A stretch of 64,000 nt of DNA from Candidatus Staskawiczbacteria bacterium (GCA_903845295.1 CAIMWV010000015.1:6354-70353); one strand, 5' to 3'. Numbered from the stretch's first letter, positions 26,626-34,685 are shown. The notes: a model not told the origin generated them from the sequence alone. A program made the numbers and translations.

Positions 26626-26738
26626 CGAACTTTTATAATTACTAGGGAGGGAGAAGTGAAAAACTGCGGACAGTTTTGCACTTCGACCGAGCGAAGTAAT
26701 TATATTAAATTGCTTTAGCTATTTAATATTTTAAAAAA

Positions 26739-28148
26739 TTATTTAGCTTCAGTTGGATTTTCCGCGGGCTTTTCTTCAACAGCCGCATCCACTTCGCTTG
26801 GTTCTGCCGGTATTGCCTCTCCGTCTGTCCCAACTTTTTCTCCTTCGGCTTCGCTCGGGGCGGGTTCTTCCTTAGTTTTTTTAGCCTTGCCCCGCGTAGC
26901 CTTGGCGGAGTGGGGTTTCTTTTCCTTTTTTGGTTTTTCCTCTTTTTTATCTTCCTTTTTTTCTTCTTCCTTGGCAACTTCTTCCGCTTCAGCGCCCTCG
27001 GCGATTTCCTCTGCTGTCTTTTCTGCTGTTTTAATATCTATTTTCCAGCCGGTTAAATTGGCGGCCAGACGGACATTCCTGCCGTCTTTGCCGATGGCCA
27101 ATGAAAGCTGGTCTTCTGGCACAAAAACCGTGGCTGTATTTTTATCTTCAACTTTTACCCCGACGATTTTTGCCGGAGATAACGCATTAGCAATAAATTT
27201 TTCCGGCTTTTCTTCCCAAGAAATAACATCAATTTTTTCTCCGCCTAATTCATTTATAACTGCCATGATTCTTGTTCCTCTCTGACCAACACAAGCTCCA
27301 ATTGGATCAACTCCTTCTTCATTTGAAACAACTGCAATTTTTGTACGAAATCCCGGCTCTCTGGCAATTGACTTTATCACAACAACTCCGGAAGCGACTT
27401 CCGGCACTTCCAGCTCGAATAATTTTGAAATTAATTTTGGATAAGCCCTTGAAAGCATTACAACCGAACCTTTCGGAGTATCCTCCACTTTCATTATATA
27501 AAGTTTCAGGCGCTGGCTTGGCCTGTAAAATTCTCCGGGAATCTGTTCATCCCTGTTTAAAATTCCCAATGTTTTCCCGATGTCCACAAAAACCGTATGG
27601 CCCTCGACTCTCTGCACAATTCCTGAAATAATTTCCCCTTCTTTTGACCTGTATTCTGAAGAAATTGTTTCTTTTTCCGCTTCCCTTATTTTTTGCAATA
27701 TGACCTGCTTTGCAGTCTGGGCCGCAATCCTGCCATAATCCTGCTTTGAAACCAAAGGAATTTCAATCTCTTCCCCAGCCTTGATTTTCGGATAATCTTT
27801 TTTGGCATCAGCCAGCATTATATGTTTTTCGGGATTAAAAACATATTTTTTAGGCGGCTCTTCGCCTGCTCTCGCCTCATCCTGCGGAATCATTTTATTT
27901 TCTTTCATTTCTTCAATTTCCTCGTCTGTATAAAGCATTGAGTTATCCACAACTAATTTTATCTGCCAAAACTTAACATCGCCCGACACCGGGTTGAATT
28001 TGGCCTTAATTTTCTGTCCCTTTTCGCCGTAGTCTTTTTTATAGGCAGTGGCGATTGCCGCCTCAATTGTTTCTATCACCTTTTCCGGTGAAATTCCTCT
28101 TTCCTCTGCTATTTGAGCCAATGCTCCCTTAAAACCTTTTATGTCCAT
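26739..28148 (-). CDS. nusA: Transcription termination/antitermination factor NusA with Lys/Glu-rich C-terminal tail
   Basis: 469 aa. NusA N-domain, S1 domain, two KH domains (GACVGQRGTRI, AIGKDGRNVRLA). Confidence 0.95.
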   Translation of the reverse strand: MDIKGFKGALAQIAEERGISPEKVIETIEAAIATAYKKDYGEKGQKIKAKFNPVSGDVKFWQIKLVVDNSMLYTDEEIEEMKENKMIPQDEARAGEEPPKKYVFNPEKHIMLADAKKDYPKIKAGEEIEIPLVSKQDYGRIAAQTAKQVILQKIREAEKETISSEYRSKEGEIISGIVQRVEGHTVFVDIGKTLGILNRDEQIPGEFYRPSQRLKLYIMKVEDTPKGSVVMLSRAYPKLISKLFELEVPEVASGVVVIKSIAREPGFRTKIAVVSNEEGVDPIGACVGQRGTRIMAVINELGGEKIDVISWEEKPEKFIANALSPAKIVGVKVEDKNTATVFVPEDQLSLAIGKDGRNVRLAANLTGWKIDIKTAEKTAEEIAEGAEAEEVAKEEEKKEDKKEEKPKKEKKPHSAKATRGKAKKTKEEPAPSEAEGEKVGTDGEAIPAEPSEVDAAVEEKPAENPTEAK

Positions 28149-28251
28149 GGTCTTGTGAGCGAGGCGAACAAGACTACTTCGGAAATGAGGCCATCTGATA
28201 TATCGAATACATTAGTGCCTCATTTACGCTGAACTCATTATTCGCTCACCG
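28149..28251 (-). promoter_or_regulatory. Two-hairpin leader RNA motif, copy B (abuts nusA ATG)
   Basis: Sense strand: cgtaaatgaggc-actaatgtattcgatatatcagatg-gcctcatttccg, then gtcttgt-tcgcctcgctc-acaagac, then c-ATG. Confidence 0.6.
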
Positions 28252-28318
28252 TTTTTTTTAAAAAAATATGCCCGTGGTCAGACGGACAAGTTAACTCATT
28301 AATTCCAATTCTTATATC

Positions 28319-28347
28319 AATATAGCAAAAGCCAACATATGTGTCAA
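28319..28347 (-). promoter_or_regulatory. Promoter of the nusA leader
   Basis: Minus strand TTGACA (28347-28342), 17 nt, TATATT (28324-28319). Confidence 0.5.
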
Positions 28348-28415
28348 GAAACAAAAAAGAGCCCGACAGATATCGAGCCCCTGCTAAAACGTGCAATGAG
28401 CAAATGGTGCAACTT

Positions 28416-28571
28416 TCAGTGGTCGTGAACGTCGACGCAATCGTTCTTGCAGGCGCGATAGATCAGCCAAAGAAAGGAAGCTATCATGACTGCTACAAAT
28501 ATCCATATTGCCAAGTCCTTGTTAGGATCTTCGTTTCGCCCGATTGCTTCAATTACTTTCATGACACACAT
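28416..28571 (-). CDS. Small membrane protein, 51 aa (cassette 2, gene 4)
   Basis: Not in the ORF track (<60 aa). AGGAGG 8 nt before the ATG. MCVMKVIEAIGRNEDPNKDLAIWIFVAVMIASFLWLIYRACKNDCVDVHDH has one TM helix. Confidence 0.5.
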   Translation of the reverse strand: MCVMKVIEAIGRNEDPNKDLAIWIFVAVMIASFLWLIYRACKNDCVDVHDH

Positions 28572-28604
28572 GGCCTCCGCCTCCTTTCCGGCTCTTTAGA
28601 AGCC

Positions 28605-28757
28605 TCAGTAGTCGCCATAGTAATCTTCTTCACGGGTAACGTACCAAATCCCGACGAGAAAAGCGAGCAGAAACAAACCGCACAACACTAATTCCGCCCT
28701 AGCCTTGCCGGGATCCATTTCTTGCAGCGTTTCCGCAATTACCGGCAGGATGTTCAT
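28605..28757 (-). CDS. Small membrane protein, 50 aa (cassette 2, gene 3)
   Basis: Not in the ORF track. AAGGAGG 4 nt before the ATG. MNILPVIAETLQEMDPGKARAELVLCGLFLLAFLVGIWYVTREEDYYGDY has one TM helix. Confidence 0.55.
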   Translation of the reverse strand: MNILPVIAETLQEMDPGKARAELVLCGLFLLAFLVGIWYVTREEDYYGDY

Positions 28758-28786
28758 GTTGCCTCCTTTCCCAAGCTCCCGAGGAG

Positions 28787-29191
28787 CTAAGCGTTAAACC
28801 GCGTGCGCCAGATGCTCTCCACCCGGCTAGGCTGGCTTGCTTCCTTCCGTTCCGGCCGGTCTTTCTTTTTCCTTTTCGGTTCGCAGGGTTTCACTATCCC
28901 ATGGAACACGCCCCGCCCGTGAAGAACTCGCAAAACCTTCAGCGCCCTTTCCACGTGTTTGATGGCGTGCCCGTTGGCTCGGAAAAACTTTTGCAGAGCC
29001 GCCCTGGCTTCTTCTTGCTTTTGATTGTTTCCCTGGTCAGCTTCCAAGGCCCCGCGGGCTTCGGTAAAGTCGCTGAAGAAAACAAACATGTCATCGCAGG
29101 CGTCTTGGGCGTCGGCCAGCGCTTCGTTATTCACGAGCGTCACGTAATCGTCGAAGCTTTCGCACCTCTTACCGTTCCGCATCTTAAACAT
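28787..29191 (-). CDS. Hypothetical protein, 134 aa, acidic N-half and basic C-tail (cassette 2, gene 2)
   Basis: Track ORF 28787..29260 trimmed to ATG 29191, with GGAGG 5 nt upstream. Its start overlaps the upstream stop by 8 nt (ATGTTTAA). Confidence 0.65.
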   Translation of the reverse strand: MFKMRNGKRCESFDDYVTLVNNEALADAQDACDDMFVFFSDFTEARGALEADQGNNQKQEEARAALQKFFRANGHAIKHVERALKVLRVLHGRGVFHGIVKPCEPKRKKKDRPERKEASQPSRVESIWRTRFNA

Positions 29192-29522
29192 TAAGCCCTC
29201 CTCCCTTTTCCTGCCTGCGGCTGTGTGCCCAGCAATTGCGGCACATGCCGCTGCCGCCATCGGGGTTTGTCTCCGTAAAATCGTTTTTGCACTTCCCGCA
29301 CTTGCCCTCCCTGTTCAATTCCTTCCATTTCATATCTATCACGATGTATTTCTTCTCTTCCCCTCCGCCGTAATATTTCATCACAACGAAGGATATGAAA
29401 AACATCGTCAGCGCGCCTTCAATCAACTGGTCTCTGACAGGCAACCCTCGCGTGAGAGTTAACAATCCCACAGAAACCGCAGTGATTGAAAGGGCGTAAA
29501 GAATCGCTTTCCACGTCTTCAA
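29184..29522 (-). CDS. Membrane protein with C-terminal CxxC...CxxC zinc-ribbon, 112 aa (cassette 2, gene 1)
   Basis: TTG start with AGGAGG 6 nt upstream. Two TM helices, then KCGKCKNDFTETNPDGGSGMCRNCW. Confidence 0.65.
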   Translation of the reverse strand: MKTWKAILYALSITAVSVGLLTLTRGLPVRDQLIEGALTMFFISFVVMKYYGGGEEKKYIVIDMKWKELNREGKCGKCKNDFTETNPDGGSGMCRNCWAHSRRQEKGGGLNV

Positions 29523-29572
29523 GTCGCGCCTCCTTTCAAAGAGCTGTTTAAGTTTGAACCTTAACCAGTTTC

Positions 29573-29601
29573 AGATTAAGGCAGTTTATGGTATGTGTCA
29601 A
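29573..29601 (-). promoter_or_regulatory. Candidate promoter of cassette 2
   Basis: Minus strand TTGACA (29601-29596), 17 nt, TAATCT (weak -10). Confidence 0.4.
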
Positions 29602-29906
29602 CCTTCTGAAATCGTAATCCCAAAATAACGGATTTCTCCTAACTGCGCAGGCAGGGATTTTTTTACAAAAGAAAAAGCACTCAAAGAGTGCCTGGGGAAG
29701 GGAATGAGGTTGCGGGGGATTAGATTTATGGTTTAGCATGAAAGGATGGTGAGTGAGGAAGGTGGCAGCAGAACTGCCGAGGTGTTACTGAAGATTAAGT
29801 TGTAAAATAGCTTGGTTGAAGAGCTCCTGGTTCGATGTTGGAACCTTGTAGACGATTTTGCTTGCGGCTACGGTTCTCTCTTCTTCCAACTTAATTATCA
29901 CATAAG

Positions 29907-29941
29907 CAAAAACCCGCGTCAATAGCGCGGGCACTTTTTTT
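29907..29941 (-). terminator. Terminator downstream of yraN (bidirectional form)
   Basis: cccgcg-tcaatag-cgcggg with an A run on one side and a T run on the other. Confidence 0.55.
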
Positions 29942-29949
29942 GTTCAAAA

Positions 29950-30363
29950 TTATTTATCCTTTACAATATTCTCAAAAAAATCAACTTTTGGAATTTCATT
30001 ATTTATGGAAATTGCTATTATATCTATCTGGCAAGGATAATTTTGCGGAAACTTATTTTTTGAAAGCCAGATTTCAGCTAAGCTTATATATTTATTCTGC
30101 TTTTTATAGTCAACCCTCTGCTCAGGAAAAAAATCTTTGCCTTGTTTAGACAAAGATTTTACTTCAATGAAATGAATTGCCCGCCCTGAGGACGCCGAAG
30201 GGTTTTTCCTAAATAGATCCCCAAATTTCCATCTTTTTTGGGCAATAATATCGATTTCTCCAAAGTTTATCCTATAGTTTCTCCCTATGATTTTATACCC
30301 GTTCTTAACAAGATATTCACAAGCCAAATCCTCTCCAAATTTTCCTAAATCCCTTGTATCCAT
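29950..30363 (-). CDS. yraN: YraN-family (UPF0102) endonuclease-like protein with an in-frame G+C-rich insert
   Basis: 137 aa. GEDLACEYLVKNGYKIIGRNYR..GEIDIIA...HFIEVKS. Insert NPSASSGRA is encoded by 30179-30203. Confidence 0.8.
   Translation of the reverse strand: MDTRDLGKFGEDLACEYLVKNGYKIIGRNYRINFGEIDIIAQKRWKFGDLFRKNPSASSGRAIHFIEVKSLSKQGKDFFPEQRVDYKKQNKYISLAEIWLSKNKFPQNYPCQIDIIAISINNEIPKVDFFENIVKDK
30179..30203. repeat. G+C-rich mini-element copy (inside yraN)
   Basis: gcccgccctgaggacgccgaaggg is the reverse complement of the CCCTTCGRC..CTCAGGGC consensus. Confidence 0.6.
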
Positions 30364-30364
30364 C

Positions 30365-31336
30365 TTATTTAATAACGTTTAATGGCGGATATAACTGTTT
30401 ATCAATCGTTCTTACAAAACAAGAATGCCCAGCTGGATGATCCCAATTGGAAATTTTATCCATTGTATACGTATAAATAGGAGAAGGGCTATTCTTGTTG
30501 GTGGCTTTATTGAAATTAGCGCACAATTCAAACGATAATTGGCTCTCGGATGTTATAATATATTCGTAAGGAGTATTTGTTTGCGGATCTAATGGCGCAG
30601 TAAAACCGGAAATGGAATCATTCAAATCTTTTAGGGTTGCGGGCAATACCTGTTTTCTCTGCCAATAATTTATTATGTTTGATTGGATATTCTGTAAGTC
30701 AGAAATCTTTTGCTGGTCAAACTGCATTAATCTTGCAGTCGCAGGCGAGCCGACTATAAAAAATGCTCCGACAACGCAGGCCAAAACCACGATTCCCGTG
30801 GCCCAGGCAAAATATTTTGCTGACTTTGTCGGTGTTTCGCGCCTTACATCATCTAAATAATATCCAAAAACGACTCCGGCCACCAAAAGCACTGATAGCG
30901 CTTTTAAAATAAACCTTGCTGTAATTTCTCCTCCTAAAAACGTGTTTATAACGCTTACTAAATCTCCGATAATCACCAATGAAGCAATAAAAAGAGTCAG
31001 ATATATCAGCCATTTTCTTATTTTTGATTCTCTGACTGCAGACTCCCTCCTGTAAATTTTATTTAAATACCAAGAAACAAGGATAAAAACAGGAAAGACT
31101 ATTATCAATGAGGAGACTGCGAATCTGATAGGCCCAGCAAAACCCATATACCCATAATATCCGTTCAAAATATCGGGAAAATAATAATTTATGTATTGCC
31201 ATAAAAGCGTGACAAAGCTTACTGCTGACCAATAAAGCGTGACTACTGCCAACAGATGCAAAAATAAATCTCTTGGAATATTTCTTCCTCGCCCTGAGCC
31301 CGTCGAAGGGTTTGGCATTGATTCTGTGTTTTCCAT
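30365..31336 (-). CDS. Multi-pass membrane protein (DUF5671-like) with extracellular C-terminal domain
   Basis: 323 aa with about 6 TM helices. The N-terminus carries an in-frame G+C-rich insert (PNPSTGSGRG). Confidence 0.6.
   Translation of the reverse strand: MENTESMPNPSTGSGRGRNIPRDLFLHLLAVVTLYWSAVSFVTLLWQYINYYFPDILNGYYGYMGFAGPIRFAVSSLIIVFPVFILVSWYLNKIYRRESAVRESKIRKWLIYLTLFIASLVIIGDLVSVINTFLGGEITARFILKALSVLLVAGVVFGYYLDDVRRETPTKSAKYFAWATGIVVLACVVGAFFIVGSPATARLMQFDQQKISDLQNIQSNIINYWQRKQVLPATLKDLNDSISGFTAPLDPQTNTPYEYIITSESQLSFELCANFNKATNKNSPSPIYTYTMDKISNWDHPAGHSCFVRTIDKQLYPPLNVIK
31291..31310. repeat. G+C-rich mini-element copy (inside 30365..31336)
   Basis: gccctgagcccgtcgaaggg. Confidence 0.6.
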
Positions 31337-31432
31337 ATTTTTATTGCTACTTACACGTGTAAGTACATATGTAAGTAGTAAAATTAATTTATTTTTTTAT
31401 TTCAAAATTTAATTGTATATTTTTTTGCGTAA

Positions 31433-31706
31433 GGGCCACGAAACGGAATTAGAATTAAGTTTTAGAAGCCAAAAAATGAAAATGATTTCAAGGCGCGACT
31501 AGGAGGTTGTAACCTCTGCGTTACGCCGACGAAGTCGCAACGCAGAAATCATTCATTTTTTGGCTTCCCTTCGGGCGGGCGAATTAAGTCAATCTTCATC
31601 GTTGCTCGTCGCGAACAATGCACATAGGCATTAGGTTCGCTCCTCGCGCCTCGAATATTGCCTTAATTCGCTCCGCTAAAATAATTTTAATTCCGTCTCG
31701 TGGCCC
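31433..31706. repeat. 274-bp concentric inverted-repeat element overlapping the NUDIX 3' end
   Basis: The outer 20-nt arms gggccacgaaacggaattag (31433-31452) and ttaattccgtctcgtggccc (31687-31706) match 18/20. Inner arms are 31465-31489 and 31545-31567. Further hairpins lie inside. Confidence 0.6.
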
Positions 31707-32128
31707 AAAAATGCTTTTATCATCTTTGCGCTTGGCGGGAAAACTTTATCCGGCAGGTTGTCTAAACCAAACCATTTCCATTCTGTTATTTCTTCGGGTT
31801 CCATTACCCCTTGCTCGCCCTCAAAGTCCTGGCATAAAAATCCAACGGTAACATAATGATTATCTTTTACAATTTCATCTGCAACGCTGATTACTTTTAT
31901 TTTGTCTTTGTTAATTTTGATGTTCGTCTCCTCTAAAACCTCCCTGTAAGCTCCATCTATCAAAGTTTCCTGGAAATCAAGCTTGCCTCCGGGCATTGTC
32001 CACGTACCCTCGCCATGGAGATCGCTTGAGGCTTTTTCTGCGTCATCATTCCTTTTGCCGAGTAAAACTTTATTGTTTTTTAAAACCATTACGCCCACGC
32101 CAACTTTAGGCCTTTGTTTTTCTTCCAT
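31676..32128 (-). CDS. NUDIX hydrolase
   Basis: 150 aa. Nudix box GGKLDFQETLIDGAYREVLEETN. TATAAT lies 11 nt before the ATG. Confidence 0.9.
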   Translation of the reverse strand: MEEKQRPKVGVGVMVLKNNKVLLGKRNDDAEKASSDLHGEGTWTMPGGKLDFQETLIDGAYREVLEETNIKINKDKIKVISVADEIVKDNHYVTVGFLCQDFEGEQGVMEPEEITEWKWFGLDNLPDKVFPPSAKMIKAFLGHETELKLF

Positions 32129-32316
32129 ATTTTAAAAAAATTATAATTTCTGGCATTCACCCCCGCTTCGCAGAGACGGGAGGATGCCAGCCCGTAGCGT
32201 AGGGTCGCGAGATTTATCCGCGAAGCGGAAAATCCCGACCTAGCGGAGGAAATTACATAAATCCAGCAATTTTTTGAAACTTATATTTCGCTTCGCGAAT
32301 TTCAAAAAATTGATAA

Positions 32317-32360
32317 GGTTCTTTCCCTTCGGAAAGAACCCCGCCGCTCTGTCGGCGGGG
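32317..32360 (-). terminator. Tandem hairpins downstream of the DUF2207 gene
   Basis: ccccgccg-ctctgt-cggcgggg and ggttctttcc-cttc-ggaaagaacc. Confidence 0.5.
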
Positions 32361-32379
32361 ATTTCTATTTTTTATTTTA

Positions 32380-34137
32380 TTACCATCCGCCGCCGCCACC
32401 GCCTCCGCCGCCACCGCCCGATCCCCCCGAGCCTCCGGCGCCCGAAGATCCGCCGACGTTACTGGATATATTTGTGGTTATGCTGTTTAACTGGCTTGTG
32501 AAACTGTTCACATTAAAATTAGCCGAAAACGATCCGACAAACCAAACCGGATGGTAGTTTTTGAAATAATCTTCTCCATATATCAATTGCATTTTCTTTG
32601 CCCACAATTCGGCAATCCCAAAAATAATTGCGTATGGTAAAAACTTGTCGAAAATATTTTCTTTCTCATAAAATTGCTGGCGGTAATTTTCCGCTTGTTT
32701 CATATACAGTTCAAATCCTTTTATTTTAAAAAGCAAATCCACGCCTTCCTGCGTACGTTTTGGCATAATGACGGCAAACAAAATAAAAATAATTCCGGAA
32801 ATAAAAATGCTTAAAAATAATTTTTCAGAAAAGATGAGCATCCAGAAGCAAAGCCAAATTAGGACTATTCCGTAGACAAAAAAATAAACTGAATATTTTT
32901 TGCTTTCTTTTACGGCCCAACCTTTTTCTATAATATCATTCTCCGCCGATTTTTTTATTCCAGCTAAATCTTTATAAAAATTATTCCTTAAACTGGAAAG
33001 CTTGACGCTGTCCTGGCCTGATTTAAAAAGGCTTTCAAGCAAAACTTTTTCTGTCGGCGTTACTTTGTTTAAATCATAGCTTTCCAATTTTTTTTTCAGC
33101 ACGATGTCTTTTTCCTTAAAAAACAGAATTTTTTCTTCCGTTTGTTCTATGGTAATAAATTTTCTGACTGCCAAATCTACAATTGCGGCTGTTATAAAAT
33201 TATTTTTCCACTTTCCGTGAGATAAAACCATGCCCATTTGAATTGGAGTTATATTGTCTGGTATTCCGAATTCCGGCGGAATAGGCTTTTTCATTTTCGG
33301 ATCTTTCCCGTATTTTCTCCATTTTGAAAAAGAGGAAATAAAAACTGCAAGTGGAATTAAAAAAGATAAATCCCAAAAATAATCTCCGTATTGTTCCCAA
33401 AACGTTGGAATATATGGAGTAAAAATATTTTTGGGAAAAGTCACAGAAACCGTCAACCCCTCATCTGGCTGGAAAACAGGAAACTGGGCGGCGGGAACAG
33501 AATTAAAATTTAAAACGTTATTAGAATCCCAGAAGTAGGTTGCCAAACTTCTATCCTTCGACCCGAGCGGCCCGTCATAATAATCCACTTTTGCATTTTT
33601 ACTGTTTACTTCCTGAGGGAAGCTTATTTTTGCTGAAAATTTGTCTGTTCCGATATCCCAAAAATTTCCCAATAGATTCCAGTACAGTTCGTCAAAATCT
33701 TTATTGCCAAACCTCACGGCATTTTTAACCCTATATACAATTCTATAATCGTTTACTCCGCTGACAGTCACATTCGGATCTCCGATTTTCCAGGTAATTG
33801 TATGGTTAAAACCGTCTCCTATTGTTTCGTACTGGTATGGCTTTCCATTGAAATCTGTGATACTGACCAGTTCAATCGGCGTTTTAAAGGTTCCAACATT
33901 TGTCCTGGTTTCTGTCGGCAAAACCCTGAAGATTCCGTGTTTGTCGGGCAGATCTCCGCAATCAGCAGTTATGTTTTCAGTAATAAGCAAAGACGAGTCC
34001 TTGTTTACTGCAATGTTGGTATCAAAATTCTTTATATACCAGTCAGTAATATCTGCAGTATCTCTTGCAAAAGCAACTTGGCCGGCAAACAAAAAAGAAA
34101 CAGCTAAAGAGAATATAATAAAATATTTTTTGAGCAT
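32380..34137 (-). CDS. DUF2207-family membrane protein with poly-Gly C-terminus
   Basis: 585 aa. Signal peptide, large extracellular N-domain, 3 TM helices, tail GGSSGAGGSGGSGGGGGGGGGGGW. Confidence 0.75.
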   Translation of the reverse strand: MLKKYFIIFSLAVSFLFAGQVAFARDTADITDWYIKNFDTNIAVNKDSSLLITENITADCGDLPDKHGIFRVLPTETRTNVGTFKTPIELVSITDFNGKPYQYETIGDGFNHTITWKIGDPNVTVSGVNDYRIVYRVKNAVRFGNKDFDELYWNLLGNFWDIGTDKFSAKISFPQEVNSKNAKVDYYDGPLGSKDRSLATYFWDSNNVLNFNSVPAAQFPVFQPDEGLTVSVTFPKNIFTPYIPTFWEQYGDYFWDLSFLIPLAVFISSFSKWRKYGKDPKMKKPIPPEFGIPDNITPIQMGMVLSHGKWKNNFITAAIVDLAVRKFITIEQTEEKILFFKEKDIVLKKKLESYDLNKVTPTEKVLLESLFKSGQDSVKLSSLRNNFYKDLAGIKKSAENDIIEKGWAVKESKKYSVYFFVYGIVLIWLCFWMLIFSEKLFLSIFISGIIFILFAVIMPKRTQEGVDLLFKIKGFELYMKQAENYRQQFYEKENIFDKFLPYAIIFGIAELWAKKMQLIYGEDYFKNYHPVWFVGSFSANFNVNSFTSQLNSITTNISSNVGGSSGAGGSGGSGGGGGGGGGGGW

Positions 34138-34151
34138 TTTTTTAATTTAAT

Positions 34152-34391
34152 TTACAAAAATCTTTTGTTCGTGAATGCATATCCCGAGCTCGATTTAAGA
34201 TATCTTTCAAAATCGTATGCTTTTTTCTTGCTTAAAAAAGCGCAGTACCAAATTAATTCATATGGTCGCTTTGGATTAGAATATTTAGCATTCCCAGAAT
34301 TATGTTCTTTAATACGCCTTTTCAAATCAAAAGTGACTCCAAAATATCTGCTCTTATCTTTTTCGCTTTGCAAAACATAAACGTAAAACAT
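34152..34391 (-). CDS. GIY-YIG nuclease-family small protein
   Basis: Track ORF 34152..34568 trimmed to MFYVYVLQSEKDKSRYFGVTFDLKRRIKEHNSG...; the longer form would overlap tRNA-Ala. Confidence 0.8.
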   Translation of the reverse strand: MFYVYVLQSEKDKSRYFGVTFDLKRRIKEHNSGNAKYSNPKRPYELIWYCAFLSKKKAYDFERYLKSSSGYAFTNKRFL

Positions 34392-34508
34392 TGGAACTGC
34401 CCCACTCCGCCAAGGCTTCGCGGGGCACCACTTCGCTTTTTGAAAATTATTTTTCAAAAATTGTTTAGTGCTTGCACCGCGTAGCTCCGAACGAAGAGAG
34501 GAGCGAAG

Positions 34509-34582
34509 TGGTGGACCTGGGGAGAATCGAACTCCCGCCTCAGCAATGCGAATGCCGCGTAATGCCACTTTACTACAGGCCC
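34509..34582 (-). tRNA. tRNA-Ala (anticodon CGC), CCA encoded
   Basis: Reverse complement gggcctg...caggtcca-cca, G3:U70 pair, anticodon arm cggca-ttcgcat-tgctg. Confidence 0.9.
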
Positions 34583-34602
34583 GTTGGAATATCTAATAAA
34601 TG

Positions 34603-34625
34603 CCCTCCGGCGCATCGCTCAGGGC
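34603..34625. repeat. G+C-rich mini-element copy (intergenic)
   Basis: ccctccggcgcatcgctcagggc. Confidence 0.5.
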
Positions 34626-34685
34626 ACTTCGCTTTACTAACTCTTTGCAGTTGCCTGCATTGAGCGAGCGAAGCGAGTCGAAGTG

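Noticed and set aside
26723-26977. 84-aa Lys/Arg-rich minus-strand ORF overlapping the nusA 3' end
   Set aside because: It is an alternative frame of the Lys/Glu-rich NusA tail (AAG/GAA repeats read out of frame). It has no independent signals.
28350-28415. Possible terminator at the distal end of cassette 2 (T run at about 28356-28361 on the minus strand)
   Set aside because: I could not find a convincing stem. gggctc occurs twice as a direct, not inverted, repeat. No terminator was called.
28341-28691. 116-aa plus-strand ORF in cassette 2
   Set aside because: It starts inside the -35 of the nusA promoter, has no SD, and is exactly antisense to two SD-preceded small TM ORFs that continue the operon. 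It is treated as a shadow ORF.
29548-29739. 63-aa minus-strand ORF upstream of the cassette 2 promoter
   Set aside because: It lies upstream of the predicted promoter, has no SD, and has an odd composition. It is probably non-coding. A 38-aa GTG ORF at 29785..29901 is likewise unsupported.
31340-32380. Known housekeeping ncRNAs (RNase P RNA, tmRNA, SRP/4.5S, 6S) in the two long structured spacers and in 11809-12216
   Set aside because: I could not find the conserved signature sequences, such as the RNase P P4 GAGGAAAGUCC-type motif, the tmRNA tRNA-like end or the SRP GGAA/AGCA motif. A covariance-model scan is still needed.
32384-32460. G+C-rich tract at the 3' end of the DUF2207 gene as a fourth foreign island
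   Set aside because: It encodes the family-typical poly-Gly/Ser tail (GGC/GGA repeats) within a native gene. It is compositional low complexity, not an insert.
34392-34568. N-terminal 59-codon extension of the GIY-YIG ORF (track start 34568)
   Set aside because: The extension would overlap tRNA-Ala and translates to Arg/Ser/Leu-rich junk. The conserved GIY-YIG N-terminus MFYVYVL starts at 34391.
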